From Sphingomonadales bacterium (GTDB taxonomy: Bacteria > Pseudomonadota > Alphaproteobacteria > SMXS01), in the NCBI GenBank assembly GCA_050185585.1, contig JBFWZH010000001.1:261003-301002 (forward strand): a stretch of DNA of 40,000 bases, in the 5' to 3' direction. This document shows, piece by piece, positions 32,428 through 40,000 of this stretch; position 1 is the first letter of the stretch; the number at the start of each line of letters is the position of its first letter. The notes beneath the pieces were generated by a model. It did no database searches. It saw only the letters and a program-made list of their open reading frames with translations, and had not been told where the DNA came from. A program made the translations under genes and the position numbers.

Positions 32428-35400
32428 CTAGGCCTCGATCACCAGCTTGACTGGCACGGTCTGGCCGGCCCGCAGGCTGATCTCGACCGGCTGCGACTTG
32501 ACCTGGCCCACGGTGGCCACGAACGAATACTTGCTCTGCTTCAGCGTCAGTATGGCGGTGGCGCCGATCCGCTGCTCCGAACTGGAATTGTCGCGCAGGT
32601 CGGTGACGGACAGGACCGAGCGCGGCAGCGGTGTCTCTTGGCCGCGAACCCGCTGGAACACGCTGATCTCGGCGATGCCCGTTTCCCCTCGCGTCGGCGT
32701 CGGTGTTGGGGTTGGTGTAGGTGTCGGCGTGGGCGTGGGTGTGGGCGTCGGCGTCGGCGTCGGAGTCGGCGTTGGCGTTGGAGTAGGCGCGGGAGTGGGC
32801 GTAGGCGTAGGCGTTGGTGTTGGTGTGGGGGCGGGCGTGGGCGTCGTATCGCGGATGATGCCGTCGCCGCGGATCAGCCGCTTCTCGATCACCAAGTCCG
32901 AGCAGTCATCGCAGCACAGATAGGGCAGGCAGAAGTCGCCCAGCACCACGAATTCGTCCAGCAAATCGTCGCTGCGGGGCTTGCTGGACGCGAGGAGCGC
33001 CTGCGCGGCGATCTGGGCGACCACGTCCGGCCCGCCCGTGCCGGTCATGTCCTTGAACGCGGCTTCCAGGGTGCGCTCCAGGGTGCCGAGCGCCGCCGGA
33101 ATGCCAGCCTGCAGGTCGCGGCGGGTGCCGTAGAGCAGCACATAGGTGCCGCCGACCGGCACGCCGCCCTTGTGCTCCAGCCCGGGATGCTTCTTTGCGT
33201 AGCCGGGAAGGATCATCTCCTCGAACATGGCCTTGAGGCGCTTGGCGAGCTCGGTCGACAAGGCCGAGCCGGAGAACTGGGCAGCCGACGCGGCGACCGT
33301 CTCACGCTTGGCGATGATGGCGGCGTTGGCGGCGGCGATCTCGCGCGTGGTCTTTGCCGGGTCGGTCTCCGCCTTCGCCGCGTAGGTCTCGTAGGCGTCG
33401 GCGAAGCCGCGCATGGCGGCGCTGAACCGGTCCTGGTCGAACTCGGCGATCGAGGACACGCTGGTCACCTTCATCACCTCCTCGGCGCGGGCCATCAGGG
33501 CCACGGCGGGATAGATGGCGGCGGCCACCTCGTCGCGCTTGGTCGGGTCGATGATGCCGGCCACGTCCCTGACCCGGTCGATCAGCTCGCCGCCGATGGT
33601 GCGGTCGCGGACCCGGTCGAAGATCAGGCCGACCGCATCCGCCTCGACGGGATTTGTGTCCGCTTCCACCACCAGTTTCCGAACCGTGTCGTCGGGAAGC
33701 CCGCCCTGGCCGCGCAGCATGGTCAGCACCCGGCTGCTGGTGTCCCGGACCTGCAGTTCCTCCTCGTGGTCGAGCACCAGCATGGCGCGCTGGAAGTCGC
33801 CTGTCGCGACCAGCGTCTCGCGCGGCTGCGCGGCTTCCACGATGGCGGAATGGGTCCCGGTGATGGTGAAGCCGGCTTTGCCCGTCTTGGTGGCGTTGAG
33901 ACGGCCCAGGGTCCGCACCAGCCAGACCATGAACGCGAACAGCGTCGACATGATCATCAGGAAGATCACGTCCAGATCGCGCATCTTGCACAGGAGGAGC
34001 TGTTGCACCGCCCTGAGCGCCAGCTGCTGCGACGTCTGGTCGGGCGTGATGCCGTAACCCAGCCAGACGGGTTCGACGGCGAACGATACGCCCAGCTGGC
34101 GCTTCATGGTGATGAGTTCGGCCATGGCGGTGCCCAGCGGCTGGCCCAGAGTTCCCTCGATGCGGATGAAATCGCCGTCCTGCCGGAAGGTCAGGGGATG
34201 GGTCTTTACCCGCGAGAACTGATAGGAATAGACCGTGCCCATCAGATTGGCGCGCGCCTTGCGCCACGACCAGTTCAGGAACAGGTCGCCGGTCCGCTGG
34301 AACCGGTAATAGAAGGGGATGGCCCGGTCGCCCAGCGGCGCCGCCCCGTCGCGCGAGGGCGTCAGCACGATCTCGGCGCCCAGCGCCGTGCGGGTGGAAT
34401 AGGTCTGGGCCAGCAGCACCATGCGCGAGAACAGGGCGTGCAGTTCGGAGCCCCGGTCGCCGCCGCCGCCGACCGCGGGCGAGGGCACGAAGTGGTGCCG
34501 CCGCGGGGCGGGCGCGCCTTCCGGCGCCGGGCCCTCCTTGATGTCCAGCGGGTCGTAGTTGGCGAACTCGGCCAGGGTCCTCGGCGCCTTGCGGAACGAC
34601 ACCGGCGCGGCGACGGCGTCGCCCGCCAGCACATGGCGCGGGAATCGCCCCACATCCGGACAGCACTCCGCCTCGAACAGCGCCGCCGCCTCGATGAACT
34701 CGTTGTGGGCACGGACGATGTCGTGGACGCCGGCATAGAGGTACTGCACCAGCATCGGCCTCGCGCCGAAGTCGGCCAGCATGTTGAGGAAGTGGTGCTT
34801 CGGGACCGGCCCTTCCGGGAACGCGCCTTCGGGGAACATGTCGAGCAGCAGCGGCTCGTAGGCGTCCCACGCCGCGCGCATGGCGGGCTGAAGCTGCGAC
34901 ATGCCCTTGGCGGCGATGCCGAACAGGCCGGCGTAAAGCTCGCCCAGCGTGTCGATGCCGTTGCCCGCCACGTTGATCTTGTCGAGCAGGATCGGCTCCA
35001 GGTCGCGTCGTGGATGGTTCGCCCGGTCGACCGGTATGCCGGCGATCTGCGCTTCCTGCTGCAGGATCTTGTCGGCGGTGGCGCGGGTGACCAGCAGGCG
35101 GCGCAGGGTCAGGTTCATCTCGGACCCCTTGTCCGAGCAGTCGTTGACGTCGCAGTTCTTCAGCGATTCCAGATTGGTCTCGAGGAACAGCATCACCGTC
35201 TTGTCGGCGACGAAATTGTCGTCGAGCCGGATCGGCGCGGTCTCGCCAGGCGCCGGGATGAAGTCGGTGGGCAGCAGTTCCCAGGCCTGGCGCTGGTTGT
35301 TGCCATCGAACAGGAACGGATAGCGGGCGGCGGCCTTCTGCTCGGCCGTCGCCTCGGGGTTGGACGGCACCGGCACCGCGTAGGCGCGCACCCGGTCGAG

Positions 35401-35640
35401 GGCGACCGCGTCCTCGGCGATCAGATAGCCCTCGGATGTGACCGCGCCGCCCTTCGACAGCGTCAGCGTGTCCGTCGCGGGGTTCCAGTCGGGCTTCAGG
35501 CCGCAGACGATGCCGATGCCCACCAGCCGCGACCGGGTCAGCCGCTCCTGCGGTTCCAGGTAGTCAATGATGTCGTTCAGGTTCTCCGAGGTGAGAACCT
35601 GGCCGTTCTCGAAAACCGGGTAGAAGGTCTGGACGTTCAT
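32428..35640 (-). CDS. Uncharacterised 1070-aa eCIS-associated protein, at the tail-fibre/baseplate-periphery position
   Basis: ATG at 35640, 12 nt after the upstream stop. No family name can be assigned. Cys clusters are [11 protein letters not shown] and [13 protein letters not shown]. It has one strongly hydrophobic helix ([18 protein letters not shown]), a 52-residue (TP)n linker and a beta-rich C-terminal domain of about 90 aa. Confidence 0.75.
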   Translation of the reverse strand: MNVQTFYPVFENGQVLTSENLNDIIDYLEPQERLTRSRLVGIGIVCGLKPDWNPATDTLTLSKGGAVTSEGYLIAEDAVALDRVRAYAVPVPSNPEATAEQKAAARYPFLFDGNNQRQAWELLPTDFIPAPGETAPIRLDDNFVADKTVMLFLETNLESLKNCDVNDCSDKGSEMNLTLRRLLVTRATADKILQQEAQIAGIPVDRANHPRRDLEPILLDKINVAGNGIDTLGELYAGLFGIAAKGMSQLQPAMRAAWDAYEPLLLDMFPEGAFPEGPVPKHHFLNMLADFGARPMLVQYLYAGVHDIVRAHNEFIEAAALFEAECCPDVGRFPRHVLAGDAVAAPVSFRKAPRTLAEFANYDPLDIKEGPAPEGAPAPRRHHFVPSPAVGGGGDRGSELHALFSRMVLLAQTYSTRTALGAEIVLTPSRDGAAPLGDRAIPFYYRFQRTGDLFLNWSWRKARANLMGTVYSYQFSRVKTHPLTFRQDGDFIRIEGTLGQPLGTAMAELITMKRQLGVSFAVEPVWLGYGITPDQTSQQLALRAVQQLLLCKMRDLDVIFLMIMSTLFAFMVWLVRTLGRLNATKTGKAGFTITGTHSAIVEAAQPRETLVATGDFQRAMLVLDHEEELQVRDTSSRVLTMLRGQGGLPDDTVRKLVVEADTNPVEADAVGLIFDRVRDRTIGGELIDRVRDVAGIIDPTKRDEVAAAIYPAVALMARAEEVMKVTSVSSIAEFDQDRFSAAMRGFADAYETYAAKAETDPAKTTREIAAANAAIIAKRETVAASAAQFSGSALSTELAKRLKAMFEEMILPGYAKKHPGLEHKGGVPVGGTYVLLYGTRRDLQAGIPAALGTLERTLEAAFKDMTGTGGPDVVAQIAAQALLASSKPRSDDLLDEFVVLGDFCLPYLCCDDCSDLVIEKRLIRGDGIIRDTTPTPAPTPTPTPTPTPTPAPTPTPTPTPTPTPTPTPTPTPTPTPTPTPTPTRGETGIAEISVFQRVRGQETPLPRSVLSVTDLRDNSSSEQRIGATAILTLKQSKYSFVATVGQVKSQPVEISLRAGQTVPVKLVIEA
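32692..32847 (-). repeat. Coding hexanucleotide microsatellite (ACN-CCN)n encoding a 52-residue Thr-Pro linker
   Basis: The plus strand reads a (GGY GTN)n run, for example cgtcggcgtcggtgttggggttggtgtaggtgtcggc. The translation is [14 protein letters not shown]...TPTPT, lying inside the 1070-aa ORF. Confidence 0.9.
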
Positions 35641-35652
35641 GTCACACCTGCT

Positions 35653-38600
35653 TCAGAAGATGCCGAGGGCGGTGGAGCCCAGCCGGACGATGGTTTCGTT
35701 CTCGCCCTCGTCGCAGTCGTGCAGCGAGGCCGCCGGATAGACGGTGTTGAGCGCTTCGAGGATGTCGATCAGCCGCTTCGCGGTGTTGCGCACGGTGGTC
35801 GCGTTGATCTTCGGCGCGGCCCAGGCGGCGCGCCATGCGCGGTGGGCGGCGTCGAGTTCGGTCATCTGCGACTGGCTGATCCAGCAGATCTTCACCTGCA
35901 CATGGGCCGGCGCTTCCTCTCGCAAGGTGCGCTCGAGCAGCGCGCGGAAGTTCAGGTTGCGGAAGCGCTCGGGCCAGTAGGGCAGGACCACCGAGACGCG
36001 GAAGGAATACGGGTCCTCCTCGCTGCAGAAGCCGCAATCCTCGCCCAGGCAGACCGACATCAGCCTGTCTCCGGTGGCGCGCGGGCGCAGCAGGATGTGC
36101 TCGATCAGGTGCATCCCTTCCGAATTGCACAGGTCCGATGCGAGCAGCGCGTCGTAGCGGTCGATGACGGCGCGCGCCGCCTGAGTCGCCGCCATCTCGG
36201 TGTCGAAGGTCTTGTTGTGGGTCAGCGTGCCGCCGCCGGCGACGATCGCCATGGTGAAGGTGGTCGTTCCCTGGCTCTCGGCGATGCTGAAGGCGCCCTC
36301 GTCGCGCAGGTCCGCATAGGCCTTGGTTGCGGCGTCCGTCGCCGCCTGCTCGGTCGCGAACAGTTCCTGCGAGGCGAACAGCAGCTGGTTCCCCGCATCC
36401 CGGATGGTCACGCGGAACTGGTTGCCCTGCTTCTGGGTGCCGAAGAGGGCGGCGAAATGGCCGGCGCAGGCGAGGTCGCGCCGGGTCAGGTCGTCGATGC
36501 CGAGCAGGCGGCCGGCGCGGCGCTCGAGCCCGGAGACATTCTCCGTGTTCCAGACGTCGGCGGATTTCTCCGGGATCAGGTTGCTGGCCTGGCCGCGCTC
36601 GCGCGACAGCTTCGGGTAGTCGGCGAGGAAGTCGATCTTGTCGCCGATCAGCTGGGCCGACGTCCTGAGCCGGTCGCCGGACAGCCGGAACGACAGCAGC
36701 GCATAGTCGGCGAAGCGTTCGGCGAAGCGGGCGATCAGGTGATCGAGCGCCCGGTTGCGCCGGTCGAGGAACTCCTCCTCGGTCTCGGTCAGGCGGGTGC
36801 GCGTCGTCTCGTCGGCCAGCGCGGCCTTCTCGACGTAGAATTCGTCCGGGAAGGCGTCGAGCGAGCCGGCGGTCTCGGTCACGAACTGGCTGAACCAGGT
36901 TCGCGTCAGCGTCTTGTCCAGCGAATAGAGCCGGCGCAGATTGGCGAGCTGTCCCAGATAGTCGGCGAGGATCTGGTCGAAAAAGGTCAGGTAGCCCTTC
37001 AACTGGCGCGCCTTGGCGATCCGCTCGGGCGATTCCGTGTCCGAAATCCTCGCCGTGCCGATCTTGTAGGTGGCGGGGAAGTCGTGCTGCACCGAGTAGA
37101 ACGCGTCCGGATTGCGCCAGCGGCCGATCGGCACGGGCAGGATCTGGTCGGGCGGCACGTAGAGTTCGCGCCGGTCCAGTCCGCGCAGATAATCCAGTGT
37201 GCGCTCGAATTCCGTGACCTGCGCCCGGTACGGGATGCCGGCCTTGTGGAACAGGATCTTCGAGGCTTCCATGTAGAACACCGGCTGGTGTCCGGCCGGT
37301 ACCGCGAGCGTCCATTTGGCGGCCGGGCCGCCGGGCAGGCCGGCGGCATCATAGGCGCGCAGCTGCAGGTTGCTGATCGCCTCGACGCCGTCGATGTCGA
37401 CGACGATGTTGATGATGTCGGAGGCCTGCACCTTGCGCCGCAGCTCGCTGGCGGCCAGGTCCTCGTCGGTGATGAAGCCCGGCTTGGTGAACACCTGCTG
37501 GCCGCCCACGGTGAAGTCGAAGTCGATGAATGGCCCGTTGAAGATCTCGTCGGGCTGGCGGCCATCGGCCAGCATCTCCTCCAGCGTGTGATAACGCACC
37601 GGCGCCGACAGGTATTTCTCGATGGCGTGGAACACCTGGGCCTGGACCAACTCCATGTCGGCCTCGGGCTTCACTTCGATGTCGGCGCAGATGCCGACGC
37701 GGAACGGGGTCACCGTGGCGATCGACAGATAGTCCTCGCAAAGCCCGCGGTGCGCGTGGAGGACGCGCGAGACGGCGGCGAGCGCCTGGGCGCGGCGCTG
37801 CTGCTTCTGCCAGAACAGCGGCACCAGATCGTCGGCGACCGCGGCGAGCAGCACCGGCCGCACGGTTTGGGCGGTGATGTTGAGCGCCGGCTTGTCCGGG
37901 CGCGGCCGGTCCTCGATCACCCGCAGGATGCAGGGGTCGAAGGTCAGGCTCTGGCCGCCCGTCAGGGTCACGGCCAGCTTGACGCTGAAGCCCGCCTGGA
38001 CGGTCGTGACGGCGACGCTGTCGATGCTGGCGAGGTCTCGCGACAGGTCGATCGTGCCGAAGGCGGGATCGGTGATGTCGAAGCCCAACACGGCACCTTT
38101 CAGCGGGCCTCGGCGCACCTGATAGATCAGGCCTGCCTCGTTCATCGAGCCGAGCAGGTCGTCGATCTCCAGCTCCACCAGGACCTTGTAGAGGCCGGAG
38201 AGTTTCACCGAATGGTTCTGCTGGTTGGCCTTGTTCACCGTTTCGTAGCTCAGCGCGTCGGCCAGGCAGTCGGCGTGGATCGGTACCTCGGATAGCCGGT
38301 AGTTGCCGGGCTCGGCCGGGTTCTGCATGGGATCGAGCCAGGCGTTGCGCAGGCCTTCGATCCGCAGCAGCAGGCGGCGATAATCGGCGACGGTGCGCGG
38401 CGCCGTGGTCAGCACCTCGTGGGTCGGCGCCAGACCCGAGACGCTGGACGGGTCCATCTTGCCGTCCGGACGGGTCATCAAGTCCCTGGTGTCGAAGCCG
38501 GTGCGGTAGGCCAGGTCGGTCAGCGCATAGGCGAGGATCTCCAGCGTGGTGATGCCGGGGTCGTGCAGATTGTGGTCGGTCCACAGCAGTCCCGACAGCT

Positions 38601-38694
38601 TCTGGATGTGGCTCAGGCCTTCGGCGCGCAGGAACGCGTAGTCATAAGCCGGTTCCAGGTCGATCCTGCGGTCGATGCTGCGCGCCTCAAGCAT
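35653..38694 (-). CDS. eCIS baseplate component with a baseplate-J-related N-terminal motif (Afp11/Afp12-like)
   Basis: 1013 aa. ATG 38694 overlaps the upstream stop by 8 nt. The N-terminal WTDHNLHDPGITTLEILAYALTDLAYRTGF resembles the conserved N-terminal region of baseplate-J/gp6-like wedge proteins in tail-like clusters. Confidence 0.55.
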   Translation of the reverse strand: MLEARSIDRRIDLEPAYDYAFLRAEGLSHIQKLSGLLWTDHNLHDPGITTLEILAYALTDLAYRTGFDTRDLMTRPDGKMDPSSVSGLAPTHEVLTTAPRTVADYRRLLLRIEGLRNAWLDPMQNPAEPGNYRLSEVPIHADCLADALSYETVNKANQQNHSVKLSGLYKVLVELEIDDLLGSMNEAGLIYQVRRGPLKGAVLGFDITDPAFGTIDLSRDLASIDSVAVTTVQAGFSVKLAVTLTGGQSLTFDPCILRVIEDRPRPDKPALNITAQTVRPVLLAAVADDLVPLFWQKQQRRAQALAAVSRVLHAHRGLCEDYLSIATVTPFRVGICADIEVKPEADMELVQAQVFHAIEKYLSAPVRYHTLEEMLADGRQPDEIFNGPFIDFDFTVGGQQVFTKPGFITDEDLAASELRRKVQASDIINIVVDIDGVEAISNLQLRAYDAAGLPGGPAAKWTLAVPAGHQPVFYMEASKILFHKAGIPYRAQVTEFERTLDYLRGLDRRELYVPPDQILPVPIGRWRNPDAFYSVQHDFPATYKIGTARISDTESPERIAKARQLKGYLTFFDQILADYLGQLANLRRLYSLDKTLTRTWFSQFVTETAGSLDAFPDEFYVEKAALADETTRTRLTETEEEFLDRRNRALDHLIARFAERFADYALLSFRLSGDRLRTSAQLIGDKIDFLADYPKLSRERGQASNLIPEKSADVWNTENVSGLERRAGRLLGIDDLTRRDLACAGHFAALFGTQKQGNQFRVTIRDAGNQLLFASQELFATEQAATDAATKAYADLRDEGAFSIAESQGTTTFTMAIVAGGGTLTHNKTFDTEMAATQAARAVIDRYDALLASDLCNSEGMHLIEHILLRPRATGDRLMSVCLGEDCGFCSEEDPYSFRVSVVLPYWPERFRNLNFRALLERTLREEAPAHVQVKICWISQSQMTELDAAHRAWRAAWAAPKINATTVRNTAKRLIDILEALNTVYPAASLHDCDEGENETIVRLGSTALGIF

Positions 38695-40000
38695 TGCCTG
38701 GCACCTCCGCTATGCTGTGCCTTGCGGCCGAAACCAGGATCGAACGCGCCGTTGTCGCCTCGACCGTCTCCACATCCACCGGCGTCCAGCCGCCCGCCGG
38801 CGCGTCGATGTCGACCTTGTGAAACAGGCGGAAGTCGATGACGTAGTCCACCTCGGACCGCTCCTCGACGAAATCGATGATCGAGGATTTCCACAGCTTG
38901 CCGCCGAAGGCGATCTCGCCGCCGCCCGGCCGCGCCCAGGGCGTCAGGAAGTCGATCACCGCCTTGTTCAGCTCGTCCTTGTAGAAAGCGATGTCGCCGA
39001 TCTCGGGCCGGAAGCGGACCTTGAAGTCCACCTGGACCTCCTCGAATTTGGGATTCTGAACCTCGAGCCGCACGAAGGGCGAGACGCGCTTGCGCAGGAA
39101 GGCGTCGACCGCCGTCAGCGTGGCCTGGTCGGTGTAGGGCCGCAGCGGGTCTCGCGCGTTCTGGCCATGAGTCCAGGGAACGGTGACGACCGTGACCGCG
39201 CCGGGCATCATCTCGTTGTCGGCGATGATGACGTTGGCGGCGCTCCGCTTCAGTTCCGTCGTGCCCAGACACCTGACCCGGTAGAGGCGCGGGAACGCTT
39301 CCAGCACCAGCGCCTCGTAGTCGAACATGGTGACGGCTCGGTCCTTGTGCCTCAGCCGCTCGCTGACCCGGGTGGCGAAGGCATCGGGCCGCTCGACCGG
39401 GCGGCCGTCGAACGAGCTGTAGGGCTGGACGATCTTCTTGATGGCGAGATCGGGCGCCGCGAGCTTCGAGATGCTGCCCGCCGGCAGCGGCGTCTCGAGG
39501 AAGGCCGGGTCGTTGCCCGCGTCGGCGAATACCACCCGCGCGGCCTGCGCGTCCACTGACAGCAGGCGGTTGAGCGCGTCGGCGTCATGGGTCGCGGCAA
39601 TCCGGATCCAGCGCAGGCCGGCGGGCAGCAGATTGTGCGCAGTGTCGGCTTCCTCCGGCAGGTTGAGGCCGAGTACGCCGGAGCCGGTGAAGTCGTTGGT
39701 CTTGTCGTCCACATCCTGCGGGTCGAACGCGGTCCAGGCATCGCCGTCGAGGAACGAGAACTGCAGGTCGGGCGCCTTCTTCAGCGGATCGCCCGAGCCG
39801 TCGGCCACCTGGACCAGCAGGGTGAGACGGGCCGGGCTGTCGAAATCGGCGACGCCCACCAGCAGCGCGCCCTCGAAGGGGAATTCGGGGAACAGCCGGC
39901 CATCTGCACTACCGGCCGAGACGCCGAACGGATGCAGCAGCACGAAGCCCTCGACCGGGTCTCGGGTTGTCTCATAGGACGCCTCGATGCGCGTCACCAC
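38687..40000 (-). CDS. Baseplate-J-like protein, C-terminal part (5' end beyond the window)
   Basis: The ORF is open to the window edge. The C-terminal pattern VRLEVQNPKFEEVQVDFKVRF...LNKAVIDFLTPWA...GGEIAFGGKLWKSSIIDFVEERSEVDYVIDFRLF is typical of the Baseplate_J (gp47 / P2 gpJ / Afp11) C-terminal region. Confidence 0.65.
   Translation of the reverse strand: MVTRIEASYETTRDPVEGFVLLHPFGVSAGSADGRLFPEFPFEGALLVGVADFDSPARLTLLVQVADGSGDPLKKAPDLQFSFLDGDAWTAFDPQDVDDKTNDFTGSGVLGLNLPEEADTAHNLLPAGLRWIRIAATHDADALNRLLSVDAQAARVVFADAGNDPAFLETPLPAGSISKLAAPDLAIKKIVQPYSSFDGRPVERPDAFATRVSERLRHKDRAVTMFDYEALVLEAFPRLYRVRCLGTTELKRSAANVIIADNEMMPGAVTVVTVPWTHGQNARDPLRPYTDQATLTAVDAFLRKRVSPFVRLEVQNPKFEEVQVDFKVRFRPEIGDIAFYKDELNKAVIDFLTPWARPGGGEIAFGGKLWKSSIIDFVEERSEVDYVIDFRLFHKVDIDAPAGGWTPVDVETVEATTARSILVSAARHSIAEVPGNA

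Noticed and set aside
32692-32847. Possible CRISPR array or non-coding satellite, because of the striking short-period repeat
   Set aside because: The period is 6 nt with no spacers. It lies in frame inside a long ORF and encodes a Thr-Pro linker, so it is not a CRISPR array.
31849-38295. 2148-aa plus-strand ORF, the longest in the track, across the eCIS genes
   Set aside because: It is antisense to three tightly coupled minus-strand genes that have credible starts, RBS-like sequences and family motifs. Its translation is Arg/Gly/Ala-rich low complexity, including a (GV)n run that is simply the reverse frame of the TP linker. I treat it as a GC artefact.
23971-40000. Interpretation as a type VI secretion system or a complete prophage
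   Set aside because: The visible part has no TssJLM/TssA/ClpV-type genes and no head, portal, terminase, lysis or integrase genes. A tape measure plus DUF4157 cargo plus a dedicated AAA+ ATPase is the eCIS signature. This remains provisional because the upstream half lies outside the window.

Overview
This is a very GC-rich bacterial chromosomal segment. Its gene content and order look alphaproteobacterial (inference): rpe / heparinase II/III-like / purH, a 1595-aa NAD-glutamate dehydrogenase, a thioredoxin-TPR / LON-domain / Trm112 / DUF971 run, and asd. Bases 1-10.4 kb hold core metabolism genes and a KefB-type antiporter. Bases 10.4-14.9 kb hold a minus-strand accessory cluster: an asparagine-synthetase-like PP-loop enzyme without the N-terminal Cys nucleophile, a RimK-type ATP-grasp ligase and two GNAT acetyltransferases. 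Bases 14.9-23.7 kb hold mixed small genes, tRNA-Gly(GCC), housekeeping genes, and an Hsp20 gene with a sigma-32-type promoter and a ROSE-like leader. The main finding is 23.97-40.0 kb, which runs off the window. It appears to be the distal half of an extracellular contractile injection system (eCIS, a phage-tail-like particle of the Afp/PVC type). It is a tightly coupled minus-strand gene string: a baseplate-J-like protein (partial), a second baseplate-J-related 1013-aa protein, an uncharacterised 1070-aa protein with a (Thr-Pro)n linker, a tape-measure-like protein, an 1848-aa DUF4157 multidomain putative effector, and an AAA+ ATPase. The effector carries acidic repeats, DUF4157, a CHAP/NlpC-P60-like domain, a helical-hydrophobic module and a His-Me-finger nuclease-like C-terminus. 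Sheath, tube, spike and cap genes are expected beyond base 40000 but cannot be seen. Many long ORFs in the six-frame track lie antisense to recognisable genes and are treated as GC-driven artefacts. All family assignments come from motif recognition by eye; no searches were run.
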